A stretch of DNA of 63,468 nucleotides, the filler included, from Basidioascus undulatus (lineage: Eukaryota), in assembly GCA_000826855.1 (NCBI GenBank). It is 9 parts of 9 records of this genome, joined end to end, with 100 filler letters (N's around TTAATTAATTAA, not from the genome) between each part and the next. Parts side by side here need not be neighbours in the genome. Positions count along the whole stretch, not along the records: positions 35,544 to 58,485 come from JTLS01000279.1; 8 more parts are not named here. One strand, given 5' to 3'. A program made the position numbers and the translations under genes. Shown here one piece after another: positions 37,665 to 49,700 of this stretch (position 1 is the first letter of the stretch; every line of letters begins with the position of its first letter). The notes under the pieces are model-generated. The model had not been told where the DNA came from, searched no databases, and saw only the letters and a list, made by a program, of their open reading frames with translations.

Positions 37665-39834
37665 TCAGTACACCCCCAGCCCAAGCCACTCGAACAACCA
37701 CGGCGTCGCCTCGGCCGCGAGGAACCCGATGCCGGCGTAGACGACCACTTTGGTGAGGACTGTCGGCGTCCCGTGCTCGTCAGCTATTAGCCATCTTCCT
37801 TCCCCCACCTTTCTCCGGCTTGCTTCCGTGCAGACCAGGCAACTCACCGTCCGCGTCGTAATGCCTGACCTCTGCGCCCTCCTCCCCGGCTTCGGGAACG
37901 TCCTCCTGGCGCCGCCCCGCCTCCTCCGCCTTCGCCGTGCCCGTGCCGTTCCGGCGCTGCCGTATCTCCGAGGATGCGGACGAGTCGGACATGTGCGACA
38001 GGTGCGAGGGGAGGTCGATCACGGAGGGGACAGGGTTGAGGTCCGCTGTTGTGCGCGGGGAGTAGTGCTGGTAGACACTGCGTACGGGTGATGCAAGATA
38101 GGTCAGCCCCGGCGCGGGAAGCAACAGGGAGGGAAACGGGAAGGGAGGGGAGGGAAGAGGGAGACGCACGTGGCGGGCGTGTAATTCCTGCGATTCGGGA
38201 GGGGGTGGAGCGTCCAAAGCAGGCGGAAGAGCGGCGGGAGGATCGCGTGCATCGCCGCCTTCGCGAGCAATCTCCACATAAAAATGAGGGAGATGCCTTC
38301 ACCCCGCGCCCACCACCCGTCAGTCCCGGCCTTGGCATCCGTGCTCTGAAAGCAAAATCGGCGCACCGAGAACGAGCTTCGCGACCGCCACCCCGCACCA
38401 GACCGCGCCCTCCCAATGCTTCGGCTCAAAGAACCCGCTCTCGGGATCGAACCCCCAGCGCACGGCCGTCCACCGCCCGAGCGCGCAGCCCATCACGACG
38501 GAGAGGAAGGCAATCGCGTCTTCGAAGGCGGGGTTGTCTTCGACGGGCTCGACGTGTGTGTGGACGAGGTAGAGGCCTGGGAGCGGATGGGATTAGGGGG
38601 AGGTGGGCGGGAAAGGGGTGGGAGAGGGGACGGACAGGTGGGGACTACGGTGAGCGGCACTGTTGGGTGGAAGAGTTGATCAGCTCAGTGGGCGGAGGCG
38701 AGGAATGATCGAGGGAAAATACCTAGCCAGCCTGGGGTAGCCAGGAACGCTTCGATCTGGTCAAAGTACGTGACCTGCGTCCACCACAGCGCAGCGCCGA
38801 GGAGGACGCCCCCCGCGCAGTCCACCATCGAGTGCATGCCCTGTCATCCGCCCCTTCCTTCATCAGTACACCTTCACCCTCTCATACTGTACCGCACGCA
38901 CGCAGTACAGTCTGCCGGAGACCACAGAGAACGCGTAGAGGGCGAGGAGCGCGAGGAGCGCGGTGGACGCTGCCGAGGAGAGCAGATCGGACGCGGAGAG
39001 GGCGCGCACCCAGGAGAGGAGGTAGAGCGCGATGGAGACGGAGTTGGTTGAGTGCGTCGAGGGGAAGCCATACTCCAAATGGCTGGGCAGGGAGAGAGGT
39101 TCGAAGTCAGGAAAACGAGGGAGGAAGCCGAGAAGTCGGGGAGACGGACTGAGTGCCGATTGCTGAGAGGTTGAAGGATATGAGCTCTGGGTGGCTTTCG
39201 GCATGGAATTTGGTACACGACATACTTAATCGTGTTACGGGCGGTGCGAATGGTCTAGGAACGCAGAGGGAGTCCTGCCCGCGACCGCTTCCTGCGTAAA
39301 CACGCTGGCCACAGGCTACCGCGCAGGAACGAAGCGCACCTTTATGATGCCCGCCGCCCACACCCCAAACGCCAACACGTTCAGAAGCCCGCGCCCCTCC
39401 CTTGGCGCCCCGAAGTAGAAGAACACGGGCAGCACGACCATGAAGAACGTGTGCGTGCCGAGCGTGGACCTGTCCACATCCGCGCCCACCGCGTCCGTTC
39501 CTCCAAAATCAGTTCTGCCTGCCGTCCTCTTCGCGGCTACCCAGTAAAATAGCAATGGAAGAACTCACGTGTAGACCATATAAGTGTCCAACCACCCCCT
39601 CCGCACCTTCCCCTGCAGCCGTGCCAGCAGTGGGCTCTCCCATCCCAAGCTGCGCAGAAGGACACGCCGGACCGCGTACCGCCACGGGCTGAGCGCGCGC
39701 GCGTAGGCCTCGTCGGGCTGACGCCCTGGCTCGAGCACGGGCGCCTGGGGAAGCGGCTGGGGCGGGACTGTGGGCTCGGGAGGTAGAATGAAGGACGCTG
39801 GGAGCGCAGGAGGGGAAGGGAGGGGAGACACCAT
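37665..39834 (-). CDS. Dihydrosphingosine-1-phosphate phosphatase (PAP2 family, LCB3/YSR3-like)
   Basis: LGTHTFFMVVLP, KD..CVPRP..PPV.RL, EYGFPSTHSTNSVSIA, HP.P....PVFEDAIAF, HYDADVLTKVVVYAGIG. Confidence 0.9.
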
Positions 39835-40154
39835 CGGGATGGTTGGGGGGATTCAGGACTGTAGGACAGAAGATAATTGGAGGAGAGAAAAAGATAAGGT
39901 GAATGATTCGGTCCGGAGCAGTCCTGGGCAACAATCCGCGCCGATGGGAGGGAAGCCGCACAAAAGCCGAGGAGAGAAGGCAAGCTGCGGGGTGCGTGTC
40001 GGTCGGGCCCCTTGCACGACGCGAGCCGCGAGGTGCGGATGGACTTGGATGGAGGAAGCTGAAAGGGCGAGAGAAATGGTTCTCAAAATATAACGAAGCA
40101 GTGTGTTGGTCCCAAAGTGATGACTCGACAGGGAGGTGAAACAGCAAAAGGAAA

Positions 40155-40227
40155 TGACCACTGCAGGGCTCGATCCTGCGACATTTTGCGTGTTAAGCAA
40201 ACACTCTACCAACTGAGTTAAGCGGCC
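40155..40227 (-). tRNA. tRNA-Val(AAC)
   Basis: Cloverleaf: GGCCGCT/AGTGGTC acceptor, ACTC/GAGT D-stem, TTTGC-TTAACAC-GCAAA anticodon arm, GCAGG/CCTGC T-stem; oligo-T downstream. Confidence 0.88.
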
Positions 40228-40572
40228 AATACCGGTTCTACACCTTAATTTCCTTGTTGACATGCCCTTCCGTTTTCACTCACTTCTTACTACAGATGGT
40301 TCTTTGTGAAGAGTAAACGAGCACAACTTAGTGAGGTTGCATGTGAGTGTTGTCCAAACTATACTCTTCTCGTGAGAGGGTCAGTTTGCGGGTGTTCAGC
40401 GTGTTAAATTCAACGCGTCTGAGACAGGCTTGCAGTAGCCGAGCTTACCATTAAGCACAATAAAAAGCCAGAAAACTACAGAAAAAAGCCATGTTAGTTT
40501 TGCCACCCTCTAACTACCGGACCTCCCCGGTACGGGTCATCTTCATTCCATGCGGCGCAACCCCGTTGCAGC

Positions 40573-40616
40573 GTGCTTGCGTTCCAACAGCATGGTGCTT
40601 GCGTTCCAACAGCATG
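40573..40616 (+). repeat. Perfect 22-nt tandem duplication
   Basis: GTGCTTGCGTTCCAACAGCATG x2. Confidence 0.9.
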
Positions 40617-40824
40617 TTTTCCCAACTCCGCACCCTCGAGGTCCGTCTACCGTGGTATTCCGGACGGCAAAGCTTTCATGGGTGGAGCTTTCCAGGTCAA
40701 GGCGGAAGGCGTGCAAGCGGAGTATGTGCATCGCCACTGCCTTTCCCACGTTGCGTCTCTCCAGTACCTGCTCTTCCTTATCTCTTCTTGTTCCCATTGC
40801 TGAATATCTTCAGTATTTACCAGC

Positions 40825-41259
40825 ATGTCTAATAGCAGCGCCGACCCTACCCGCACAGCCATTCCCAAAGCCCTACTGAACCTCACCCGCGCCCTCAACC
40901 TCCCCTCCCCCCCTGCACCCAACACATTCCAATCCCTCTCCACCTCCCTCCAATCCGCACTCCACACCCTCATCCCCCTCTTAACCTCACACCACCACCT
41001 CACATCCCTCGCGCTCTCAGCGGAGCTCTCCGTCCTGGCCCAACTGCGGGCGTCGGGTGCGGGCGCACGAGCGGGTGGTGCGCGCGCTGCGGGCGGAGAG
41101 CCAGGAAAGGGAGCGGAGGACGGGGGAGGTACTGGAGGTACTGGGGGGCAGGACGTGGGAGAGAGTAAGGGGAAGATTCGAGGAGGAGGAGGAGGAGGGG
41201 AAGGGGCAGCAGCAGCAACAGCAGCAGCAGCAGGGGTGACCGTGGTTCTTCTGGACTGA
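40825..41259 (+). CDS. Hypothetical intronless protein
   Basis: 144-aa ORF with a helical N-terminus similar to the next ORF and a Gly/Ala-rich tail from GGA/GCA repeats. Confidence 0.45.
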   Translation: MSNSSADPTRTAIPKALLNLTRALNLPSPPAPNTFQSLSTSLQSALHTLIPLLTSHHHLTSLALSAELSVLAQLRASGAGARAGGARAAGGEPGKGAEDGGGTGGTGGQDVGESKGKIRGGGGGGEGAAAATAAAAGVTVVLLD

Positions 41260-41546
41260 ACCCAAGGCGGGAGGGGTCCGGTTGGACCTCTTTTCGTACT
41301 AGGGCGGTGATTAAAATTATGGTGTGTGATTACACCGTTAGTTGCGAAAGCGCACTGTGTGTTCTGCAAGAAGTGTCAGTGACACCAAGTGACACCGAGT
41401 CATGCATCGGCCGGCTGCGACTGCGCCGTTTCCACGCCTTCAGGACATCTGCTCTAAAGCCAAATCAAAGATACCGCGTGTAATCCAGGACAGAACATTA
41501 ACGCCACAGCCTCACTGGCCCTTCTTCCTCAACACCCACCAGCACT

Positions 41547-42110
41547 ATGCCGGCCAACGCCATCGACAAGCCCGCAGCCGCCCGCGCGCTCAACGACTTA
41601 GCGCTAGCCCTGCAGCTCCCCCAGCCGTTCCCCTCGTCCCCAGCGCACCCCGTCCAAGCCATCGCAGACCTCAGCGCGAAGATCTTCAAGCTGAGCGACC
41701 TCCTGAAGAAGCTGCCCTCGGCCTCCGCGCCCGACCCCGCACACGCAGCGATCCTCGCGGACACTGCGCGGCGGGAGCTGGTCCTCTCGGGGACGCTGCG
41801 GGAGATGGAAGCCACGGAGGCGGAGCAGCATCAGCAGGTCTTGAGGTTGATGGCGGAGGAGAGTGTGGCGCAGGAGAGGAGGAACGCGGAGATTGTGAAG
41901 GCTGTGCAGATGGTCGGGGAGCAGCAGAGGAAGGCGGCGGCGGTGCTGTTGGGGCTGCCTCCGGTGCAGGCGCAGCAAGGAGGCAGCGCGGGTGAGGCGT
42001 GGGCGGGCAGGTATAGGAGCTGGATTGAGGAAGACAAGAGGGAGAGGCCGGAGAGGAGGGTGGCGTGGTGGGGTGATGTTGAGGATGCGCTGAAGACGAT
42101 TAGGCCTTAG
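41547..42110 (+). CDS. Hypothetical intronless coiled-coil protein
   Basis: 187-aa ORF with gene-like GC3 bias, helical. Confidence 0.6.
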   Translation: MPANAIDKPAAARALNDLALALQLPQPFPSSPAHPVQAIADLSAKIFKLSDLLKKLPSASAPDPAHAAILADTARRELVLSGTLREMEATEAEQHQQVLRLMAEESVAQERRNAEIVKAVQMVGEQQRKAAAVLLGLPPVQAQQGGSAGEAWAGRYRSWIEEDKRERPERRVAWWGDVEDALKTIRP

Positions 42111-43694
42111 GTGAGACGCTGGGAGGTGTCGATGAGTATCAGAAGGGAATGTGATGAAACGAGCGGCGGTGCTCGGTGCAGAACGTGTTCGCTGCTGCGC
42201 TGGATTGGTTGAGTAAGAGAAAACTCGCCTGCCGAGAAGTCGTAAGAAGATCATGAATGTTCGTAAGAAGTCATAGTACTGTCACAACAAGCCCACTCAG
42301 CCAAGCGTCAACCCAGATATCCAGCTCCGGATCAAACGCATCCTGTACCGTCCCATCCGCATCGGTCAGAACTCCTCGGAACAACAAGCCTGGAGAGCAA
42401 GAAGGGGAACACGCACCCTCAACTCGCCGTCTCAGCCGCCTTCTCCTCCCCGCCGCCGTTCTCCGTCGCCTGGTCCTTCGCGTCCTTCAACAGGTGCATC
42501 CTGAGCGGACCCACACCCTCCGCCATGATGAGACGAACCGTGAATCAGATGAATGGGTATCGATAGCGCACCTCGACTTGCGCTCGCGCAGCCGGCGCGG
42601 ACCAATGTTGCTCATGGAGATCTTCTTCTGGAGCGTGGGCGGAAGGGGATCGTTCGAGCGCTCGGGCGAGGACGAAGCGTCGGACATTTTGAGGTGATTC
42701 GTAAGGTACTTTAGAGTGCGAGTGAGCCTTCGATCAAAGGGTGGATGTCGCAACCGGATCCGGATCGTTCAGATTGATGGGGGCGAGGTTCGAGACGACG
42801 GTAAGATGCAGCGTGTGCCTGTGTTGCGGATGTTGTGCGATGCGATGCGATGCTTGACAATGACAATGCTATGGAGAGTGAGTTGGTTGAGAACGAGAGT
42901 GTTTTGTAGTCCGGACTGGGTGGCACCAGGGGATGGTCGTGGCGAGAGCAAGAGAAGCGCCCCGTGTGCGGGCGAGAGGCTGGTCCTCACGGACTCCCGG
43001 ACGGACGACTGTCGATAAGCGCCGCGACGGCCCGTAACACTGTTTGTGCATCAACCGCTCAAATAAAATCCAGCCTGAAGATCTTCTTTCTTTGAAAGAT
43101 CATCCTCGTGATCTAGGGATACACAGCACTCTCCAACAGACATGGATATCAGCCTCTGAAGGTTGACAGCCTGCACCTCGACGACGCGTTGCACAATTTC
43201 TGCCTGCTTGCGTTGCGCACAGGCCTCGCCCGGCAAGCTCCTTGAAGTCCGGGCCATCAGCGGCTATCGCCAGTTTGTAATGAATATTCTCACCAGTTCG
43301 AGTGGTCTCAAGATCATTCTCGGTCCAGAGAAGTCAGCAACGATGGTCGGAAGCAGAGTGAAAAGGGGGGATAAACGTCACGCAGCGCGCGACACTCGCT
43401 TGAAATTGGTTGTGGCAGGGGAGTACCAAGGGATTATGTTGAAAGTAAAGCCATGGAAATTTAGGTCTTTACCGTGCATATTGAAGACCAGTACTTGTCG
43501 TCTTGCGAGCCTCATCCGACTGCAGCAGTGACTGTGAAGACGATTCGACACGGGTATGGGCTGCGGCTTCAAGTTTCTCAGCGCAGGTCCGGAAATCTCA
43601 CTTCATCTTGCCTATGGCACTCATACCAGGATGGACAAAGTTTACGAATGCAGGGGGAACACTTGCCATCACTCCGAGCAGCTCAGCTATACGC

Positions 43695-44948
43695 TCAATT
43701 ACAACCAACTGACGCCAAACCGCGGGCTGTCCCATGCTCCAGCGGAGGCACAGTGATTCGACCCTCCTCAACCTTGATAACGTCGCCACCGACAACACAT
43801 GCTACAGGGCGTCCCCTACTCCCCTCGATCTCCACACGCCCAGTGAGGACCCACGGCTTTCCCAGCTCGGCGCCTTGATTGATGGTGTACGCATGGCCCG
43901 CGTTCGCCGACAGCAACTTCTCAGCATGCAGAACGAGTCCGAGTCTGGACATGCTCATTTCATCAACACTGAAATTCGAAAGTTCTTCAGGTCAAAAGCA
44001 CGCACGCCAATCCAGGAGAGCCACTCGCAGCATCTGGACAGACAAATCGTCAGGTCGACATTCTCTGTATGGGGACAACGAGATGCAAACGACGGTACCT
44101 TCGATCAACACCCCTTCCTCCAGAATGAACCCGCTATCTTCTATCTGAAGGGGCTTGCCCACCTCCCATTTCGCGACTGCGAACACGCAACCCCCATCGA
44201 TCCACACCCCCTCGTGCTCCTCCTCTTTCACAGCGTCAAGCAGCGCAGCGGTCCACTTCGCCAGTGGGACAGCGCTGACGCTTGCCCGAGCGACGTCTCT
44301 GAACTCCGCCAGGCAGACGCACACCCAAGACAGGAAGCGCACGACGTCTCGTGGGTCGCTTTCGGGTTCCGCGAGGCCCAGGGCAGGCAAGAGCAGCTCG
44401 GGGAGGAGAGGCAGCCGGGGAGTGAGGAGTTGTGCTGGAGCGCGCATCGGTATTTGGAGGGGGGTTAGTGGGAGAGGGGAGGGTCGCTAGCCCGAAGGGG
44501 AGGACGAGACGTGTGTGGCCGGACGGGGAGCTACGTTGCGCTTCCTGCGTCTGGGGAGATGAGGCCCTTGTGTAGAACGCTGTGCAAATTTCAGAGCGAG
44601 GATGCATGTACAACTCCTATTATTTATCTTACCAGAAGCATGACCCAAGTGTTGGGTAGCCCGCGAACGGGAGTTCCCCTGCCGCCGTGAAAATTCGAAC
44701 CGCGTACGACACGCCCCCGCGCGCTTCTTCGGCAGTGAGTGCCCGCGGGAAGGTGATCTTGGAGAGGTTGAATTCTGATGTGCAAGATAAGCAATCTTGA
44801 TGCTATCACGCATAGCGTGGGTTAGGACGTACCGCCGTGCCAGCGCCCGTCGTTGTCCTGTTGTCAGAGCGTCCGAGTCGTAGACGACGGCGAGCGGATT
44901 GCCAGTGAAGGGACGGCCTTCTGCGATGAAGACGTCGAGAGGTGGCAT
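43695..44948 (-). pseudogene. PhzF/PhzC (DAP-epimerase-like) family pseudogene
   Basis: DVF...PFTGNPLAVV, EFNLS(K)ITF, VRIFT..GELPFAG(Y)PTLG, QG.ELGKP, VGGDV..V.EGRITVP. Frameshift at the end of exon 1; TAG 44531-44533. Confidence 0.8.
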
Positions 44949-45406
44949 GAAAGGAAATGCGTTTCGGAGACGATGATTTCCGGCATTCTGCTTGTAGCGA
45001 GTCAAGAGAGCAGTTTGGAATGCAAGGTAGAGGGAGAGCTCCCGGGCCGGTGCACAGGGCTAGCAGGACTGCATGCATGAACAGCGCACTGCTTTCCAGA
45101 AAAAGGTGCACGCCGTGCTCCGCCTTGGCGTCCGCCGTCGTGGCAGTGTTTGGCAGTGTCCTTGCTGATCAATGTGAAGGCTCCATTACATTCCATATTC
45201 CCAGGCTACAGAGTATGTTACAGAATATTGTGAATACGTTAAAATCAATGTGATCACATTCTCTCCAGAGTCTCACGGCTTCTGAATCCGGGTATCACCC
45301 GTGCGAACTTACAGTAAGTTGAACGCACTCTCACAGTCCTAGACACAAAGTGATTCTATTGCAGCCTGTACAACGAATGTAGGAAACAGACAGGCCGATA
45401 GCCGAC

Positions 45407-46222
45407 TTAAGCCCCACTCGCGCCCCCGAGGACCTGGACCGTCTTCCCGAAGTAGTCGAGGAGGATCTGCGGCGACGGTCCATGCACGCAGTCCTGGAGG
45501 AACGCCTGGACGTTTCCAGTCTTGACGGCGTCCTTCGTGGCCTGAGGACATCCGCTGTAGAACCAAACGGCCGAGCCAAACGTGTACTCCGGGCCGAGGA
45601 CAAGGTCCAGCACGGCGTCCTTCTTTGCGGGGTCGAAGTCAGCGGGCACGGCGGCGGACGTGATGTTCGGGGTCAGGCGCCCGTCGATGGCCGTCAGATT
45701 ACCACTGAGTTCGGGAAAGGTCGCTATACGAAAGGTGAAGGAGTCAGGAGACGGATTAATACAAAGGAGCCCGAGTTACGCACATGCGTAGGCGGTGAGG
45801 AAGGGGAAGTTTGCCATGCAGCGGGTGCCTTGACCAGGGTTGTGCCCGCCGGATGCGCTGAAGTGGTTCCTATCCATTGCCACCGGGGCGCGATCAGCTT
45901 AAACCCAGCAATTCCTGTGAACGAAGACTCACATGTTGTACTTGAACCCCCCACTCTCATTCAGCATCCATGCGAGCGCCGCCCCCGCCTCCTCGGCCGT
46001 CTCCAGGCCATAGCGCTTGAACGCCTCGTCCAGAAGAGGGGCAGCGTCCTTCGCGACCGCGCACTCCTCGGGGTACGTGGCGCCCTGGCAGGAGCCCGTG
46101 GTGGGCGCGATGGCGAGCAGGTGCTGCTCGGTGAAGTTGGCGGGGAGGGGTGTAGCTTCAGAAAAGAGAGAGATAGAAGCGAGCGTGAGGGCGCCGAGGG
46201 CGATCGGGAGGGTGCGGAACAT
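45407..46222 (-). CDS. Conserved fungal secreted protein (ESG.FKYN.NHF...PGQGTR family)
   Basis: Signal peptide; LLAIAP..GSC.GA.YPEEC, WMLNESGGFKYN, PGQGTRCM, FGSAVWFY..C; upstream TATAAG. Confidence 0.75.
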
Positions 46223-46726
46223 GGTGGCGACGGGCAGAGGGATGGTAGGAGATGCGCTGGGAAGAGAAGAAAGAGGCTGTGAGGGAAGAAGAAAGAAGAC
46301 TGGTGGCGATGAAGACCGCCGTCGCGCCCTTCTTATATCCAGCCCAACTTTGTAACAAGCGTCGAGGTTTAGATAAAAATAAAGGTACACGTTGTGGAGC
46401 CAAAGGCTATTCTATGCGACTGCTACGCGTAACGACTGCTGCAAGAGCATGACGCGCTACGCTAACTCTCTGGTCCGTTTCAAGCTTCAACCTTTCACGG
46501 CCGCACGGGGAGGCTGACGGTCCATGATCACTGTGTGCCCACTGATATGAAGCAAAACAGAAATATTGACAACATCAAGTATTCTGTTGCTTGACCTTTA
46601 GACGATCCCTCGAGGCAGAAAGTAGGTAGTCCAGAAGGGAACTACACTCCGGTAGTTAGCACATACACCGCCTGTGCGCCTGTTGATGTGAAGATGCACT
46701 CAAATCGGGTGGAACTCAGAGGAATA

Positions 46727-46727
<1 letters not shown>

Positions 46728-46766
<39 letters not shown>
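46728..46766. repeat. (TG)19 microsatellite
   Basis: Direct observation. Confidence 0.95.
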
Positions 46767-46768
<2 letters not shown>

Positions 46769-49700
46769 CTTGGCCAATTCGATATCAATCATCAGAACGT
46801 GCGAACAGGCGTTGACTGCTCGTCGTGCGGTCGCTGCCGCTCCCACCAGCGGTAAGCTGCCACGCTCCTCTCCCCTTCTGAAACGGTGTAATTAAAGGTG
46901 CCTTGTAGTACTTGTTCAATATTTCGTCCTAAAGGTGTGCCTGGCCTGGCCGACCACCGACAACCCCGGCTTCATCCAACTCGTCCACCTCCCGGTACGT
47001 TCCATTCGCTGTTGGAGATATATGTCGCGTAATTCGGAGTCATCGGGCCGTGTCACCGTTCAAGTGTCGCCCCATATCCAGTCTTTTGAACACAAACGAA
47101 CGTACCGGCTGGCAGCGCAGTCGCTCGAGTTTTCACGCCGCTACCGCGTTGGCGACGAAGCGAGTCTCTCTCTATGTCTCTTTTCTGGATATACCAGAAG
47201 AATAAAGGGTTCCGCTGCCATTGTAATGGCTGGGGCTCTACCTGGCGCTATTCGGTCAAGATACCCGCAACACAGCATCCCGAAACGCGACACGACCCGG
47301 ACGGGCTGCCCAAGCCCCCGGGACACCTCCAAAATTTTCCTCTTCATTCAGCAGCTTGTACATCACCACCAATAGGAACGAAGTTTTACGCTTTGCGGCA
47401 TCCGCTCCTATCGTCAGCGCATAGTCAAATGCCCGTCGTGCTCGGATCATGTCCTTATTCTGGCCATTCGCACCTTCGGTCCGTGTGTGCATTTCCTGCA
47501 CAACGTAGAAGATTATTGAACCTTACTTTCGTACCCTCAAAATGTCGAACTAGTTCCTACACACCAACCTCAGACTGGGACGACGGCCGTGGCCGCGGGG
47601 CTGCTCGAGAACCAGATCACTCTGAGGATGGCCACTATATTCATGTTCACACTCGCATTGATTAGGGTTGTCTGCCTTAAAGTATAAACGTACTTCTCCC
47701 TCTCGAAGCGAGCCAAGGATCCAGACGTCGCCGCAACCGAGGTCGTCCTGTTTCTCGCGCTCCTCCTTGGTGGCCTAGTGCTCCGCTTTGTGCGCACGCC
47801 GAATCACCTGGATATAGTGATGGCGTTGGAGGGGGTCTATATGGCTTTTATAATTCCTCGGAAGGGGCTGCACATGTAGCAGGGTTGTGTATTGTGTATT
47901 TTCGGGGGATGTGGATGGAATCGAAGCGATCTGCATGGGAGTATTAATCGCCTCTTGCCACTGGATCGTGCTGAGGTACCGTATCAATTCCAGAATGAAA
48001 TGCAGGCTTATAAAATACCGTTAAAGCGATTATCACAAAAGCTTTGACCAGTCGATCTGCGAAGGGAAATACAGCTCGAGGCTGTGCATGTGTTGCTCGC
48101 CTCTCCGCTTGAAGGAGTGCGGCCATGCAGCCTGCTTTACAAGCTGCATGTCGTTCAGTGCCCTAAATATTACAAGGTCGTAATTTCCACAGGGACTCAT
48201 GAACAACCGATACTGGAAGCTAACGCTCCCTCACGCTTATCGCGTCCCATGAGGTCTACAGTCCACATTCGCCCTGTCAACCTGGCCGTCTCAACTGAGA
48301 GACAAACGGGGCAATGACGCTCCTCAGGGCAAACGGCAGACTCGCCGTTGCGCAACTAGAGCATTCGGACGCCGTTCATTCCGCGAGCCGTTTCCGCTCC
48401 TCTTCGTGCCTTGCGCCTTGCCTGCCCTTGCATCTCAGCCTCGCCGGACCATCATCTAAATCGAGACGAGCTTCTCCGTCGGACCCGCTCATTAGCAAGA
48501 TCATCCACAAGGTATGTTCACAATGTTAACTTGTTCAGGGCGTGACTGACGGCCATGTCCCCACTTCTGCCTTTCGCGCCAGCTTCCCCCAAACGTCGCT
48601 TGACGCGTCCACTATTGACGCGTCCACCCGGACCTCGTCGACCTGCCATTCCTCGGTCGGAATCCTTGTCCCTTCTCACCCCGGTAAGATTAAGCCGTTC
48701 ATTCGGTATCTATTGGACTCCAGATCATACCCTCCGAGCTGCCGGGATGACGAGGCCGCTGTCCGAGACTGAGATCGTTCCGCGCGTGGTCGGACTCATC
48801 TGCTTTACCATTGCGTTCGTCACCACTGTCGGGATGCAGTCGTACCGACGCCTGCAGAGTCTTAACTGTAAAGGGACCGCAGGCACATTCTGCATTCCAG
48901 AAGTTAACAATTATTATGTTTAGGGTCTGTTAATCAAGGATTTCAGTAAAGCGTGTCTCCTGAGAAGCAAACCGGATTCCACGTGCACATGTATCTATCA
49001 TTCGATGCAGACCTAATGCGATATAGTGTGTACGTACTACCCATCTTATGTAACTGGTCGTGTTTCAGGTGCTCCAGCTGGGAGACAAACCGCCAATAAA
49101 GGCGTGATTCTTCCCAAAATCATGCGAGCGGGCGTTCACTGTTTTTCCTGCAGTTTGTTCCTGCCGGTTGCCGCTCACATAATGGCTCGCATTACTCTGT
49201 GACTTCCAATATGCCCTCTTAAAGACTGCATCAAATCTGTCTGATTCTCGAATTCTCGGCTAGGAAAGTGTGTCCTGACCCATAGTAACTTGACAGGGTG
49301 GCGACCATGGCGTCGCCTCGTCCCTACCTGCTCGCCGCAAACTCATATTTATTTCCGCACTATTTCGTGGCCTTCAGTTGCTTAATTTGTATGTTCAATA
49401 TTGTTGCTTGGTTCCTCTCTTATGGGCAGCATCGCAGCTACTTCAGAAACTTGGCTGCGTGAGGGTTTCGGGGATAAGAGTTTATCTGTCGGAGATAGTC
49501 ACAACTCCAGCGTCTTCTTTCGCCTGCCTCTTCTCCCTTCTTGTCTTCGCTCTTCACCTTCTTCATTCACATTTCCCTCTTTTCATCATCTCTCAGGTAA
49601 GCACCAGCCCTCCGCTTGACATCCACGCATCGGTAGGCTCCCGACGGAGCGCGCGGGGCAATCTCGAAGATGATAAAATTTGACGGATCCGCTGGGCTGC

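Noticed and set aside
40573..40616. CRISPR-like repeat
   Set aside because: Only two abutting copies, no spacers, no cas genes, and a eukaryotic context.
42290..42690. Small minus-strand gene (MSDASSSPERS...)
   Set aside because: I could not build a consistent exon chain with canonical splice sites.
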